A stretch of DNA of 64,000 nt, taken from assembly GCA_964016885.1 (NCBI GenBank), contig OZ024741.1, positions 400,024,001 through 400,088,000 of the forward strand, read 5' to 3'. Positions 1-12,695 of the stretch are shown here, piece after piece; position 1 is the stretch's first letter; every line of letters starts with the position of its first letter. The notes under the pieces are model-generated. The model ran no database searches. It was not told where the DNA came from and saw nothing but the letters and a program-made list of their open reading frames with translations. This DNA is from Eledone cirrhosa. Lineage: Eukaryota. Made by a program: the position numbers and the translations under genes.

Positions 1-906
1 TGTGGCATTCATACCTTTCCCCGAGACATTGATGTCACACACAATCAAACCTGAAACGTAGGCTGGTTCAATAAGAACATACACCCTTTCTTTATAACAT
101 TACCATAGAACAAATACCACAAAACATTGACATTCAACAACTCTGCCAATTTGTCACCTAATGTGGTAACATAACCTAACCCTTTGGATCCCCCCCCCCC
201 TCTTTGGTTCTATGATAGAAAACTATTCATTTTAAAGTGTTTTATATAAACAACAGCTTCAATCATAACTTTATGTAAGAACCTTTGCTTAATTGTGTTC
301 TAAACATTAGCTTAACAAAAAAGTTCTATACTAAATTAATGGTTATTTTCAAAATTATTTGAAAATCCTGAACTATGCAGAGTCTTAGAAATATGGTAAT
401 GAAAGGGTTCAAGTAGTATTGAGAATTATACTAAGAAAAATAAAATAAAAATTAACCTAAAACTAAGACAGCAAATAAAGAACATTGAAATATTTTACAG
501 TGCCAAACTAATATTTCAGCTGATTCTAATGAAATAAAGGATTTAGAAACAAAAACAAAACAACAAAAAGATGTCCTTTTTTTATTTAGAAAGTGACAGA
601 TTTTTTTTCTTTCGAGTGCAAAAGAAAATCACAACCAAGGTGTTTAAAGGAATAACAGCAATAATAGATATTTATATATTTCATAAATGGCAAAAAAAGT
701 TTAACATGATTTTGTTGGAGCCAGTGGCAAGCAATGTGAACAGAAAAAAAAACTTGATAAACAAATATATATATTTACAAATGAAACTAAGAAAAAAAAT
801 AAGGTAATGTGCCGAAGTTATAAGAGATAAATATCTGAACTTTGGTAAAGAAGACCCTAACATGGCTACTAGTCAAAGACTAGAATAACTAAATTATACC
901 TTTATA

Positions 907-1077
907 TACCATATTTCCTGGCATCAAAGACGCTACTTTTTTCCTAAAATAAGTCTCAAAAATCTACCATGCATCCTGGAGGCAGAAGGTTGCTTTTTTT
1001 TTTTTCAAATGTTTGGTTGTCAAAATTAGGGTGCGTCAACGAGGACGAAGTATCTTTGGCACAGGGAAATACAGTGT
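907..1077. mobile_element. Degenerate Tc1/pogo-like MITE
   Basis: Imperfect terminal inverted repeats (TIRs) taccatatttcctggc / gcacagggaaatacagtg. Confidence 0.35.
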
Positions 1078-1195
1078 ATACACACACACAGAGTCTGCCA
1101 AAACAATGTATACACAATACAAGAAAAGAAAAACTTGTATAGATATTTAACATGTATTTAACACCACTATAAATGTAAATACAATTTTTTTTTAC

Positions 1196-1196
<1 letters not shown>

Positions 1197-1285
<89 letters not shown>

Positions 1286-1286
1286 T
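1197..1286. repeat. (TG)n(TA)n microsatellite
   Basis: Seen directly. Confidence 0.95.
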
Positions 1287-1723
1287 TCATTATTTCGTTT
1301 TATTTTGGGGACTTCAGCTCTTCTCACAGACTAAGTCTTAAATGGATACACTGATATGCCATATTTCAAAACCCAAATTTTTAGCCAGGTAATTTCCTTA
1401 TTTTTTTTAATCATCTCTCAAACTATACCAAACTTCTAGTCAGGTAAATTTCATTATTATTTTTTAACCAAATTTCTAGCCAGGTAAATTTCAACATTCT
1501 TTTAACCATCTCTCAAACTATACCCAAACTTCTAGCCAGGTAAATTTCAACAGTCTTCTTTTGGCAATCTCTCACCTTATACTAAGAACATACAGACTAC
1601 CTACTGTAAATTTACCCTTGATTTACTACTTACTTTTTTATGTTTTTATATTTTTCGCATTTTTTCATATTTTTTCTTGTATATAATTTTATAATTAGTT
1701 AATATCCCGTATGTAATCTGATA

Positions 1724-2469
1724 TTAGGTTGTTCTGAAAATAATGGCTGCTCTAAGTGTTGTGTTTTGAAACGCAATTTTATCATAGTATTTTAATTATA
1801 TTTTAGGTGAATTTCGACATACTTAATAATTGATGTATGCTCTTTAATAATTTTCTACTTATTTCAGACAGAAAACATTCTTGAAGCATAGGCGCCCTTA
1901 ATTATGAACATGACATAAAAGGACCTTCGCTTACTTTTCTTGCATGAGTTCAAGCTTGGGCACAATGCCTCTCAAACAGCTGCCAATATCAACAGAGCAT
2001 GGGGAGAGGGGTCCACAAGTGATCACACAGTACGAAGGTGGTTTCAGAAATTCCGTAGTGATGATGAGAGCCTTGAAGATGAAGAAGGTAGAGGACAGTC
2101 ATGCAGTCTTGACAATGAACAATTGAAAGCAATTGTTGAACAAAACCCACGTCAAAGTGTCAGAGAAATGTCTGAGGCACTTGGTGTCAGTATTGCAACG
2201 GTCTCACGCCATCTGCAGAAGATTGGTAAAGTGAAAAAGCTCGATAAATGGGTACCGCACGAGCTCAATGAAAATCAAAAAGTTTGGTGTTTTGAAGTGT
2301 GCTCGATGATCTTTCTGCGAAACACCAATTATCCATTTCTTGACCGAATAGTCAAGACAGATGCATAGATGTTCACAGCTTATACTTTGACTAATCAAAA
2401 CATTTCTGTTAATTTTTCCAGAATAAAATTGTGTTTCTGAAATTGGCGATTATTTTTGGAACAACCTAA
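1724..2469 (+). mobile_element. Internally deleted mariner transposon
   Basis: TIRs ttaggttgttctgaaaataatggc / gcgattatttttggaacaacctaa with TA on both sides; 746 bp. Confidence 0.93.
1940..2368 (+). pseudogene. Mariner transposase N-terminal half (HTH domains, WVPHEL linker); catalytic DD34D domain deleted
   Basis: TVRRWFQKF, KKLDKWVPHEL, FLDRIV motifs. Confidence 0.9.
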
Positions 2470-3002
2470 TACTAAGCGACCCATTCAATTCAATACTAGC
2501 TACTGATTTATCTCCCAAACTATACCCAAATTTTCATTCTTTTAACCATCTCCCAAATAATAGCCAAACTTCTAGCCAGATAAATTTCAGCAACCTTCGT
2601 TTAGCCATCTCCTCAAACTAAACACAAATACTACATTACAATGGTTAAGATGTCAGTTTGGACATCAGGTAAACATATGAATATGACTGTTTACTTGGAC
2701 AGACAGTCAGTAATCATTAGTGGAAGAAAGCTTTAATGATCTCAGGAAATTCTCTGTTAATTTTTGTGTCTTAATGAATGTTGAATTAGAAAAGAAAAAT
2801 TGTGAATAGAAATGGCACTTAAAATTATATATATAAATATATAAATAGAAAGGAAAAAGATTTTTTCTGTAGAAAATGTTATTTACAATAAATTAATGCT
2901 TTCAAATTTCACTAAAAATATCTCTTCAACATTTTCTACAGAAAAAAATATTTTTCCTTTCTACTATTTGTTTTTATATATATCAAGTCAGGTGTTCTCT
3001 CC

Positions 3003-3057
<55 letters not shown>

Positions 3058-3959
3058 AAAGGTATCACAATCTTTCAGACATGCCAGGTTCCTGAGAGAG
3101 GGAGAGGGGCAGGGGAGGAAGAGTGGAGTGGAGTGTGTGGGGGGGGGGGGGGGGAGAAATACCCATAAGTTATGGAATATATATTGATAGATGTAATTGC
3201 ACATGCATGTATGTGTGAGTGAGAGTGTGAAAGAGTATGAAAGAGTGAGTGAGTGTGAGAGTGAAAGTGTGAGTGAAAGTGTGAGAGTGAAAGTGTATGA
3301 GTGAAAGAGTGAAAGTGTATGAGTGAAAGTGTGAGTGAGAGAATGAAAGTGTGAGTGAGAGAATGAAAGTGTATGAATGTGTATGAGTGACTGTGTGTGA
3401 GAGAGTGTGTGCATGTGTATGTTAGTATGTGTATAGCAATATGAAGAAACTAATGTTCCAATAAAGTTTGAAATAAAGACAAGTTTAAATTGGAAACTCC
3501 CCCACTAAAAGAAAATCTGTTTTTAAACAGATGGACCTTTGATGGGTTTTAATAGAGCCCACTTGTTAAATTTACAGCTCACACCAACACAGGTTTAGCT
3601 GACCTCGTAGAAGGCCAGCTAAACTTGAATAGGTGAGAGCTGTAAATTTCAAGTTTTTCCTACTTGTTAAATTAACATGTAAGTGGCTAAGTAATATTGA
3701 CAAAAGTACCCTTTATATATTTCTCAGGGAGATTCAATGAAACACTATATGACAAGGCATCTCACAAGCTCTTGATGGTACTGACCATCTGACAAGTTTG
3801 TGAACAGTTTCCATTACAAGGTTTATGTTGATCCAATGACCTTTGTCCTTAGAGTAAAACTAAATATAGAACCTTATAGAATGAAGACCTTAGCCCAAGG
3901 GACTTTGGAGTACAACTAAATAATTGTTCACCTTTCACTGGAACTACGTGGATAAGATA

Positions 3960-4100
3960 CTACTTTATGTACATTAAGCTATATCTTATGTACATTACGC
4001 TATATCTTATGTACATTAAGCTATACCTTATGTACAATAAGCTATATCTGTTATTTACATTAAGCTGTAGTTACTGGAACTACATTGGTAAGCTCTATCT
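3960..4100. repeat. 21-bp minisatellite (tacattaagctatatcttatg)
   Basis: About four to five adjacent units. Confidence 0.8.
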
Positions 4101-4271
4101 ACTTTATTTACATCGTTCAGAGCAATGATTGTTCATACACATTCTGCATATTATTGCAGACATCAACATTTCAAAGAGTACAACTCTCATAAGAGTACAA
4201 TAGTTGGTGACTTCTCTTGTACTAAAAACCTTTTATACAATATCAGTGATTTAATATAATATATATATATT

Positions 4272-4470
4272 GGCTGACTGAATACGCATGTGTACCCCCC
4301 TCCCCCTTTTCCCCTGCTCCTTTCTCTTCTCTTTATCTTTCTATTTCATTTTTTTTATTGCTAACTATCTTCTAATGAAGGACTAGTGTCCGAAACTTTA
4401 AAACTCTTTTCCTGCTATTTTAAGCATTAAACTAATGTACTGTGTCATTTGCTTTGTTATTTATGTTTAC
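4272..4470 (+). mobile_element. Short repeat carrying a degenerate minimal hammerhead motif (PLE pseudo-LTR or retrozyme-like), copy 1
   Basis: CTAATGA-AGGAC TAGT GTCC-GAAAC at 4372-4396; homologous to 20590-20742 on the minus strand. Confidence 0.55.
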
Positions 4471-4513
4471 TTTTTACACACACACACACATATATATATA
4501 TAATATAATATAA

Positions 4514-4690
4514 TTGTTTCTACTTTTGGCACAAGGCCAGCAATTACCCAGTGTATTACTGGTACTTTATTTTATTGACCCCGTAAGGATGAAAGGCAAA
4601 GTTAACCTCGGCGGGATTTGAACTCAGAATGGCAAGGGCCGTAACTATGCGTGAAAGCATGGTGTCCGACCCTCTACCGATACTGCCAAT
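4514..4690 (-). mobile_element. tRNA-derived SINE with Nin-like central domain (gtcgataaaataaagtaccag)
   Basis: B-box GTTCAAATC on the minus strand; near-identical to 34158-34330; related fragment at 10720-10830. Confidence 0.75.
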
Positions 4691-5057
4691 ATAATATAAT
4701 AAACTTAAGCCTAAATCTCTATTTCGGAGGATATAGGCTAGACTTATATCTCCCCAAATAGAAATTTTGGGGTTAAGTTTAATATTTGATTAGTTCTCTT
4801 AGTAGATAATTTATCAATATATCTTATCCTTTCATTCAGATGTCTAAGTATTAGAGTCAGCTCAAAGACGTAAGGGAATCATTCTGTCATTACTATAAAA
4901 GAAGTCTGACAAGCTTTTGATTCCAGAGTCAGGCCCGATCAATACAGATCAAACCTTGAGCGGATCAATCACGAAACGCATGTCACATCTCAATAAATGT
5001 AATGAAAATGTAATGAAGATTTAACACCTCATCCTTTTTATTATTATATATATCAAA

Positions 5058-5212
5058 TGGAGGTGCCACGGCAAAAAAGCACCCTGCACTCACTGTAAAT
5101 GAGGTTGGTGTTAGGAAAGGCATCCAGCTGTAGAAATCAAGCCAGAATCAGTTCCCGTCCCACCCTTGCAAGCAGGGAAAAAGCAGACGTAAAATGAAAT
5201 GATGATGATGAT
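5058..5212 (+). mobile_element. 3' fragment of the RTE-tailed SINE
   Basis: Matches the 3' half of 40928-41266; ends in (GAT)n. Confidence 0.8.
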
Positions 5213-5779
5213 CAAATATAATAAATCACAGAAGTATGTGACAGAAATTTCATCAGAAATAAACTATCAAATCTACAATTCTGTAGATTTTCAACACAAG
5301 ACATTCTTAAACAGTTTATGTATTGCTGAACAAAAATGATCATTTAAAAAGAAATGACTAAGGATATTCTAAACAGGGGTAGCCTATATAACTAATGTCT
5401 CTTAGGTAATGGAAGATTTAAACATTACCCATGTTAAATATTGCTTCACTTATGAGATACCTGTTATATAATATCTACCATCTAATCATATATTGCCTCA
5501 CTTATGAGTTACATCATATCAAGTAATCATATATTGAGTGCTTACAACTGAAAACAGAGGAAGTTAAGACAATATTCTACTTTTAATATGACAGGGGTTT
5601 AACAATTGTACAAATTTAGGAGAAGTTCAGCTGTTTTGCTATTTCTTGCAAGGAGCTAACATCAATATTTTTTGAGGTAATAAAAAACCAAATTGATTTA
5701 AAGTCCGAAATATGACAAAACTTCAGACATTTGACATCAACTAAATATAATTTGAAAATAATATAAATAAAACAAACAA

Positions 5780-6120
5780 GTACCGGTTATTTACTGGTAG
5801 CAATACATACACAGAACAACACCAGCTAATTACTGGTACTGATATATAGACAAAGAATAGCCCCAGTTAATTACTGGTATCAATACATAGACAATTAATG
5901 GACTAACAAGTAATAATTAACTACTGGTACTGATAGACAGTTAAAGAACTAACAAATACCAGCTAATTACTGGTACTAATACACACAAAAAAATAAACAA
6001 ATACTAGCTAATTACTAGTACTAATACATAGATAATTAAAAAATAAAAAATACTAACTAATTACTGGTACTGATAGACAAAAAATAGACAAGGACCAGCT
6101 AATTACTGGTACGGATAGAC
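5780..6120. repeat. Minisatellite with quasi-palindromic core ACCAGCTAATTACTGGT
   Basis: About eight degenerate units. Confidence 0.75.
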
Positions 6121-7140
6121 AAAGGAAAATAATACTTCTGGGAAGTTGAAGAAAAAAAAAATTATGAAATCAAACCTCTAATTCAGGAGTCCAACAAGAT
6201 TGTTATAGCAAAAGAAACTATTTTGGAGATGAGTGTGTGTTGGGGTGAGGGACTTTCAAAATATTACTAATGTAACAATTATCTTCTGGGGGGGAACATA
6301 AATATTTTTTGTGTAGAATCTTGACAGACCTTTTGGTAATAAGCAAACAAAAATGAAAAAATATTTTGATGTGTTTTTATATTAAAAACTATTCTGTTTC
6401 ACATAAAGACAAACGAAAAAACACGATAAATTAAGATTTTGTTTTTTAAATAAAAGTGCAACAAACAATTTTACATGGAAAATGAATCCTACGTTTATCT
6501 AATAAATACCATTTTACAACTAAAAAATTTTCAGAAATGAAAAAAAAAAAAAACAGTTTTTGAAAATAATAAATATACAGGCCTAGAAATCTTAAATATA
6601 ATTTTGAAATTAAAAATTAAATAATCTGGAATGTATTTTTACCTTAATTCAAAAAGATTATAAGATTATTAGTATTTGAAAAACACACAAACAAAACATT
6701 TCATTTACAGATTTCTCCAGGTACCACCTGTTATGTAATTAACAAATAAACAGATACAACAGACATAAGACAGATCAAAGAACACCTTTCAATCTCTCTA
6801 TATACGATAAACTCAGTTGTTACTTTGAAGATATTGTTGAACTTCAGAAACAAAGAAAAAAAAATAAGGTGTAGCTCAAGAATCTAAAGAAATATAGCAA
6901 AGATTGAAATATAATTAAAAAAAAAAACCCAACAAAAGTGTTTACTTTGTTGTCTGCTTTCAGTTATCTGAAGAATCAAAGCTATCTATATATATATATA
7001 ATATATAAATAGATAGAGAGAAAGGGGGAGAGAGAGAGATTGATACACACACACACGTGCGTGTGCGCGCGCGTGCGTGTGTGTATGTATCAATCTCTCT
7101 CTCTCTCCCCCCCTTTCTCTCTCTATCTATCTATCTATAT

Positions 7141-7186
<46 letters not shown>

Positions 7187-7482
7187 CATACAAATATATA
7201 TATATATATATATTAATATACATTGTGGAAAGCAATATCTGAGCTACATCATTTCTTTAACATTTTAGAAAATAATTTCTAAATGTGAGCCAAAACCCCT
7301 TTTTTTTTTGCAACCAAACTGGTTTTTGCAGGGATTTGGTGGGGGAAAATAAGTTTGTTTCACTTCTAGTTAGAATAACAAATTATTTTCTAGTTTTCAC
7401 TTTGACCTGATTTAACATGGGAAGTGATTGTAGTTTGCAGTTGAATAAATCACAGGAACATGGCAATAACTGATCCGTTCTT

Positions 7483-7572
7483 CTATACTGCAGAGTTGAT
7501 CTGTCTGGTCCTTGTAATTATATATGGAGATGGGTTGTCTCCATTATAAGGGAAAATATGATTTTCAGGACG
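7483..7572 (-). CDS. Host gene, last coding exon (RPENHIFPY...RQINSAV*)
   Basis: Acceptor ctttattttcag|, phase 0, TAG at 7485-7483; the six exons sum to 1764 nt = 587 aa plus stop. Confidence 0.72.
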   Translation of the reverse strand, partial: RPENHIFPYNGDNPSPYIITRTRQINSAV

Positions 7573-7869
7573 CTGAAAATAAAGAAAAAAAAGAAATTAT
7601 TAAATACATGTCACTATCATTGCCCTGTCCCTCTCGTACACTATACCATCTGTCCCCCACTCTTATACACTTATACCATCTTTCCATCCCTCAGTTTCCC
7701 TTCGTTGTTCACGTAATAGCTGTCTAATGATGACGTAACCGTTACATAAGTTACCATCGAAATATGTATAACAGTGACTATATAATCAATAAAATGAGGT
7801 AAATTCTAACCTACTAATTTTTGCTTAATTGTTATATATAGATAGATTGTTATATATAGATTGATAGAT

Positions 7870-8144
7870 AGACCGGGTGATGTGTTGTTTCCTTGGGCAA
7901 GACACTTTATTTCACATTGCTCCAGTTTACTCAGCTGTAGAAATGAGATGATAGGACTGGGGTCCCTATCATTCCACTGCAAAGTGGGCGTGGAGGTGCC
8001 ACGGCAAAAAAGCACCCAGCACTCACTGTAAATGAGGTTGGTGTTAGGAAGGGCATCCAGTTGTAGAAATCAAGCCAGAATCACTTCCCGTCCCACCCTT
8101 GCAAGCAGGGAAAAGCGGACGTAAGATGATGATGATGATGATGA
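7870..8144 (+). mobile_element. 5'-truncated SINE (CORE-like body plus RTE tail)
   Basis: ccttgggcaagacactt body; same family as 40928-41266; (GAT)n tail. Confidence 0.85.
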
Positions 8145-8194
8145 TATATGTGTGTCTAACATTCCCCCACCCAACTTTAGAATTAGAACTACAC

Positions 8195-8470
8195 AAATTG
8201 TGAGATAGGAGGCAACTGGATGAGAAGGCAACATTGAAGTAGGGGGAGTCCTCAACTGCTGACAAATTCAAGAATTTTTTGCTTGATGCATTTGGCAGTA
8301 GAGATCGGCATTGACAACGTAGAAGAATGAGGGAATTCTGAAAGATAACCTGCCGAGGACCACAGATCAGTGAAATGAGAGAATAACTGAGCATAAGAGG
8401 GATTAAATGCAGAATACAAGAAAGAGGACTGTTGGTTTGGACATGTGATGCTTATAAAAGATGTCTAATC
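8195..8470 (+). mobile_element. Old, internally deleted RTE fragment
   Basis: Similar to RTE linker (FKNFLLDAF) and C-terminal (SIRGIKC, FGHVM) coding sequence. Confidence 0.55.
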
Positions 8471-8489
8471 TAAAAGTCTAAAGTCTCAA

Positions 8490-8680
8490 ACCCAGAGGCT
8501 CACCAGGCTGATGTTTATCCCAGTTTCTGTGGCATGAAGCAGGGTTAAACCCCCAGCTATTGCTGGTACTCATTTTTTTTTCAGCTGAGTATACTGGAGC
8601 AATGTGAAATGAAGTGTTTTGATGAAGAACACAACCCAGTCTGGGAACTGAACCTACGACATTATGATCCTAAGTCCAAC
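8490..8680 (-). mobile_element. Degenerate V-SINE-like element
   Basis: Similar to 39870-40115 (-) and 44986-45185 (+). Confidence 0.5.
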
Positions 8681-9003
8681 ACCCTTTCCACAGCAAAAAA
8701 AAAAAAAAAAAGCACCCAGTCCACCCTGTAAAGTGGTAGTGTTTGTGCCATGAAAAAAAAAAGCACCCAGTCCACTCTGTAAGGTGGTAGTGTTTGTGCC
8801 ATGAAAAAAAAAAAAAAAAAAAAAAAAAAAGCACCCAGTCCACTCTGTAAGGTGGTTGTACTGCTACCATGACATCACTGTAGCAACTGTATTTGGAATG
8901 GTATTATCAATGTAGTGACAGTGTTTGAATTTCAATGTTTAAAAAAAAAAAAAAAAAGAATCAATTTTCTTTATAAGAGCATGTGATAAAATATAAATCT
9001 TAC

Positions 9004-9116
9004 TTTCCGTAAAATTGGTTTTAAAGGGGTGTTGAAATTCTGTTTTGGTTTTCCAGGAGACTCACAATCTTGTTCAAGGTGATCATTCCATTTGAGATGT
9101 CGAGGAGTTCTAGGAG
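9004..9116 (-). CDS. Host gene, coding exon 5 (PPRTPRHLKWNDH...TPLKPILRK)
   Basis: Acceptor tatttttccag|, donor AAA|GTAAGA; 113 nt, phase 1 to 0, open. Confidence 0.8.
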
Positions 9117-9527
9117 CTGGAAAAATAATACACAAAAACATTAAATAAATTGTAGACTTCTTAGCCCACTTATTTCTGGGTCATCAAACATTCCTTCCAG
9201 CGGGTTCTGTCAGAAGCACCTTCAACTGATCTGGCTGGATCACCAAACGAGACCAGCCAAGTTCATGGAAGTGATCCAACCATTCTTAATAGGATAATCT
9301 ATATATAAATTTCTGCAATTCTGTCACAAGTAAAGAGAGAGGAGTAATTTGACTAACTCCTACTACTCCTCTCTCTTTACGTCTGATGTAAGAAATAGCA
9401 GACGATCAGTGGAGTATATATAAAAGTATAAACAAATTGTGTTATTCTGTGGTCGATTTCCCACATACACACGCAGACATATGCGTCAGCGTATGGAAAA
9501 ATTTCTAGTTATATCAGAAAATACAAA

Positions 9528-9900
9528 TCATCATCATCGTTTAATGTCTATCTTCCATGCTAGCATGGGTTTAGACGGGAATTGTCCCACTTGAGGCAAG
9601 ATTGGTCAGGTGACCGTGTCTCGCTTGTATAGGACTATCTGGCAGGCTTTCTATGGCTGGATGCCCTTCCTAACACCAACCACATTTACCACATTTACAG
9701 TGTTTGACTGGGAGCTTTTTACCGTGTTACCTACACGGCCACATTACAGCGTGGACTGTGTTTTTTTTTTGTCATGACACCTACACAACCTCTTTAGTTT
9801 GGACTGGATGATGTGGTACCAACATAATTTTACAGAGAAAGGGTGGTGTTGGTGGGAGTGGGAGGATGGAGTAGGGGTAGTTGGTTGGGGTGAATATTTG
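9528..9900 (-). mobile_element. RTE (B-type) 3' UTR fragment
   Basis: Colinear with 29547-29880; (CAT)n at the left end. Confidence 0.8.
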
Positions 9901-11226
9901 GTTAAGAGGTTTCTTTATATATATTTATCACAGAGGTTGGCAAAAGGCAAACCATTAAAGCTCTGTCTGAACTTCGTGAAGTCACATAACTTAGTGGTTA
10001 AGGTATTGAATTCACAATAAAGTCATGTATTTGATTCCTGAACTGACCAGCATTGTGTTCTTGAGCAAGATGCTTCATTTCACCTTGCTTTTTTTATGAT
10101 AGGGCTGGGGCCCCTATCATTGAAACATCTGAGAAACCTATGAAATGCACCCTCGTAGGAGACCAGCTAAACCTGCAAAGTTCGTTCTTTTTCAATAATT
10201 ATACAAACTGGAGTGAACAGAGTTGTGTACCTTGTTCACTGGTAAAGTACCATAATGCTTAGAACTAATGCATAGATCAGTCAGGGGCAAACTGCAGCCT
10301 ACAAGCCGCATGCAGCTCATTTGGCTTTCTCAATGCTACGCTGAATTTCAAAAAAGCCTTGAATTTTTTTAGTAATGCATATGGCCACCTTAAGGTGAGC
10401 CTACTTTATGATGAGCCATATCCTATGTGGCTCATCATATGGTGGGCCACAAACTATGGGGTTCACCTTATGATGAGCTATATCCTATGGGGCTCATCTC
10501 ATAGCTGTCTTTACCCAGGTTTACTTTTAGATGGTATGATAGGGTTCTATACTGGCATACAGCGTTTCTTGGGTATTTTAAGCCTGGCAGAGCCTATCTC
10601 TACAAATCTGAATATCAACCCATAAATCTTAGGTTTTAAAGCTACCTTTATTCAGGGGTTTATTTTCTCCTCATTCTTAAGTAGATTGCACCATCACTAT
10701 TTGACATCCATTCTCTATTATCCTTACAGGGTCGATAAAATAAAGTACCAGTCACGCACTGGGGTCGATTTAATCGACTTTCCCCTCCCCCAAAATTGCT
10801 GACCTTGTGCCTATATAAGAAACCATTATTAGGGTGGACAAGATGCTTTTTTGTTGTAGCATCAGCACAACTACCTTACAGGCAGTACTGGACTTACCTA
10901 TAAATTCTAGCTAACAGACACACAACCTTGGGGCCCTCATTTTTAAAAACATGTTTATTTTATCATTAGTTTTTATTCTTTATCATTAACATTATAAAAA
11001 ATATTTTTTTAGAAGGGACTTAAATTTCATATATCTTTGGACCTCAGCAGGTGAAAGTCTGGCCCTACTTACAAAGTGGACAGGGTGCTTTTTGCTGTGA
11101 AACCAGTACAACCATCTTACAGAGTGGACAGGGTGCATTTTTTTAATTAATGTTTATAAGATGAGGTGTGTGTGGGTGGGTGGGGGGGGGGGGGATTTAA
11201 AAAAAAAGATATTTTGTTTTACTCAC

Positions 11227-11338
11227 GAGGAAAGACTGTAAACTCTTCAACTGATTCACCAATTGCCACACGAGGCGCCACCTGTTGGCCATTGCATGTT
11301 GTGTGAATCCAAGTAATTTCATCCAACTCTGCTTCTGA
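11227..11338 (-). CDS. Host gene, coding exon 4 (SEAELDEITWIHTTCNGQQVAPRVAIGESVEEFTVFP)
   Basis: Acceptor aattttttag|, donor C|GTGAGT; 112 nt, phase 0 to 1, open. Confidence 0.8.
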
Positions 11339-11628
11339 CTAAAAAATTAAACAAAATTAAATAAAATATGTGAAAGGGCCTCCAGCCATAGAAAACCTAC
11401 TAAAGAAAAGGTTGGAACACGTTCAAAAATGAAATAAAATAGTGTGAAAGGGCCTCCAGCCCTTGAAAACCTGCTAAAGAAAGCATCAATAAGACTCTTC
11501 AGCTATGCAACTCCAGTTTGTACTATCATAATAAAACATATGATGTGACACTGGCCCACCTAGAAGGAAGAGGTTCTGATTAAGTATAGACATGTCCTAC
11601 CCTTACTAGCAGACAAAACAAACATTAA

Positions 11629-11833
11629 CCCTTTAGCATTTAAACCGGCCATATCCGGCCAGAATTCTCTCACCTCTTTCTGTTCAAATTGGCTGTAATC
11701 GATTGCTCATACTGATGTTAAGGTATTGTTCTCAAAATGAATATCAAAATCTGATAGATTCGATATTATGTGAGATAAAGCCTTTACTGCGAAAATACAA
11801 TAGTAAATATAGAGTAATGCAAATGCTAAAGGG
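11629..11833. mobile_element. piggyBac-like MITE
   Basis: TIRs ccctttagcattt / aaatgctaaaggg with TTAA on both sides; partial inverted copy at about 17170-17332. Confidence 0.85.
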
Positions 11834-12695
11834 TTAAATAATAATTATGAAAGAATTACTGCTTACAACAAATATTTAGGTTTTCACTACTCAGTTAACC
11901 TTTTTGTAATGGAACAACCTGAAACTGCTCCTGGTTCTAAGATACAAAGTTGTTTATTTTAAAGTGACTGAGTGAGAGAAGAATAGAACCAATGATGAAT
12001 GTTGTGAAGAGAAATTGAATGAGATGGTTGGGTCATGTGTTTGGGAAGCGTTAAAGTGACTGGGTGAGAAAAGAAAAGTGATGGAAATGTGGAAGGAAGT
12101 AGAGGAAAGGGAAGACCTAGAATATGATTAAAGATGGAGGATGAGATGAAAGCCAGGGATTTGGTAAGGGAGGTTGCAATGGTTAGGGCAAAATGGAGAA
12201 GCTTGTCATGGGGCCATAAAAACTAAGCCCTTGTTTAGTAGAGAAGTGCAATAAAATACTTGTCTAAGTTATTTTTAAAATGTATGTACATTTTTTCAGA
12301 TTCTTTAAATTATTTTTAGGATTTATTAAGCTTAATTCTAGAATAGTCAACCAAAACAAGTTATTCATGTACATTATTCTATATATACAATTGTATTTTC
12401 TGGTAATTATAATAATAATAATGAAATTATTGTGTACAGTGCTCAGGTGCACTACAACTCATCAAAGGTGCATGTATAGTACATAGAATAATGTACAAAT
12501 GTCAGGAAAATGAACAGTGTACGAGTCATGATATAATAATAATAACAATAATGAAATATTGTGTACAGTGGCCAGGTGCACCACAACTCATCAAAAAAGT
12601 GCATGTACAGTACATAGGGCAATGCACAAACATCAGTAAAATGAACAGTGCACGAGTCATGATACACACGTGTGCATGTGTATGGAAGGGGTACA

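Larger units (their letters stand above)
1375..2620. repeat. Degenerate tandem repeat (tctagccaggtaaatttc...aaccatctctcaaactatacccaaact) on both sides of the mariner
   Basis: Units at about 1375-1590 and 2505-2620. Confidence 0.6.

Noticed and set aside
10277-10330. hAT/Charlie-like terminus
   Set aside because: Only one short degenerate end; no partner TIR or TSD found
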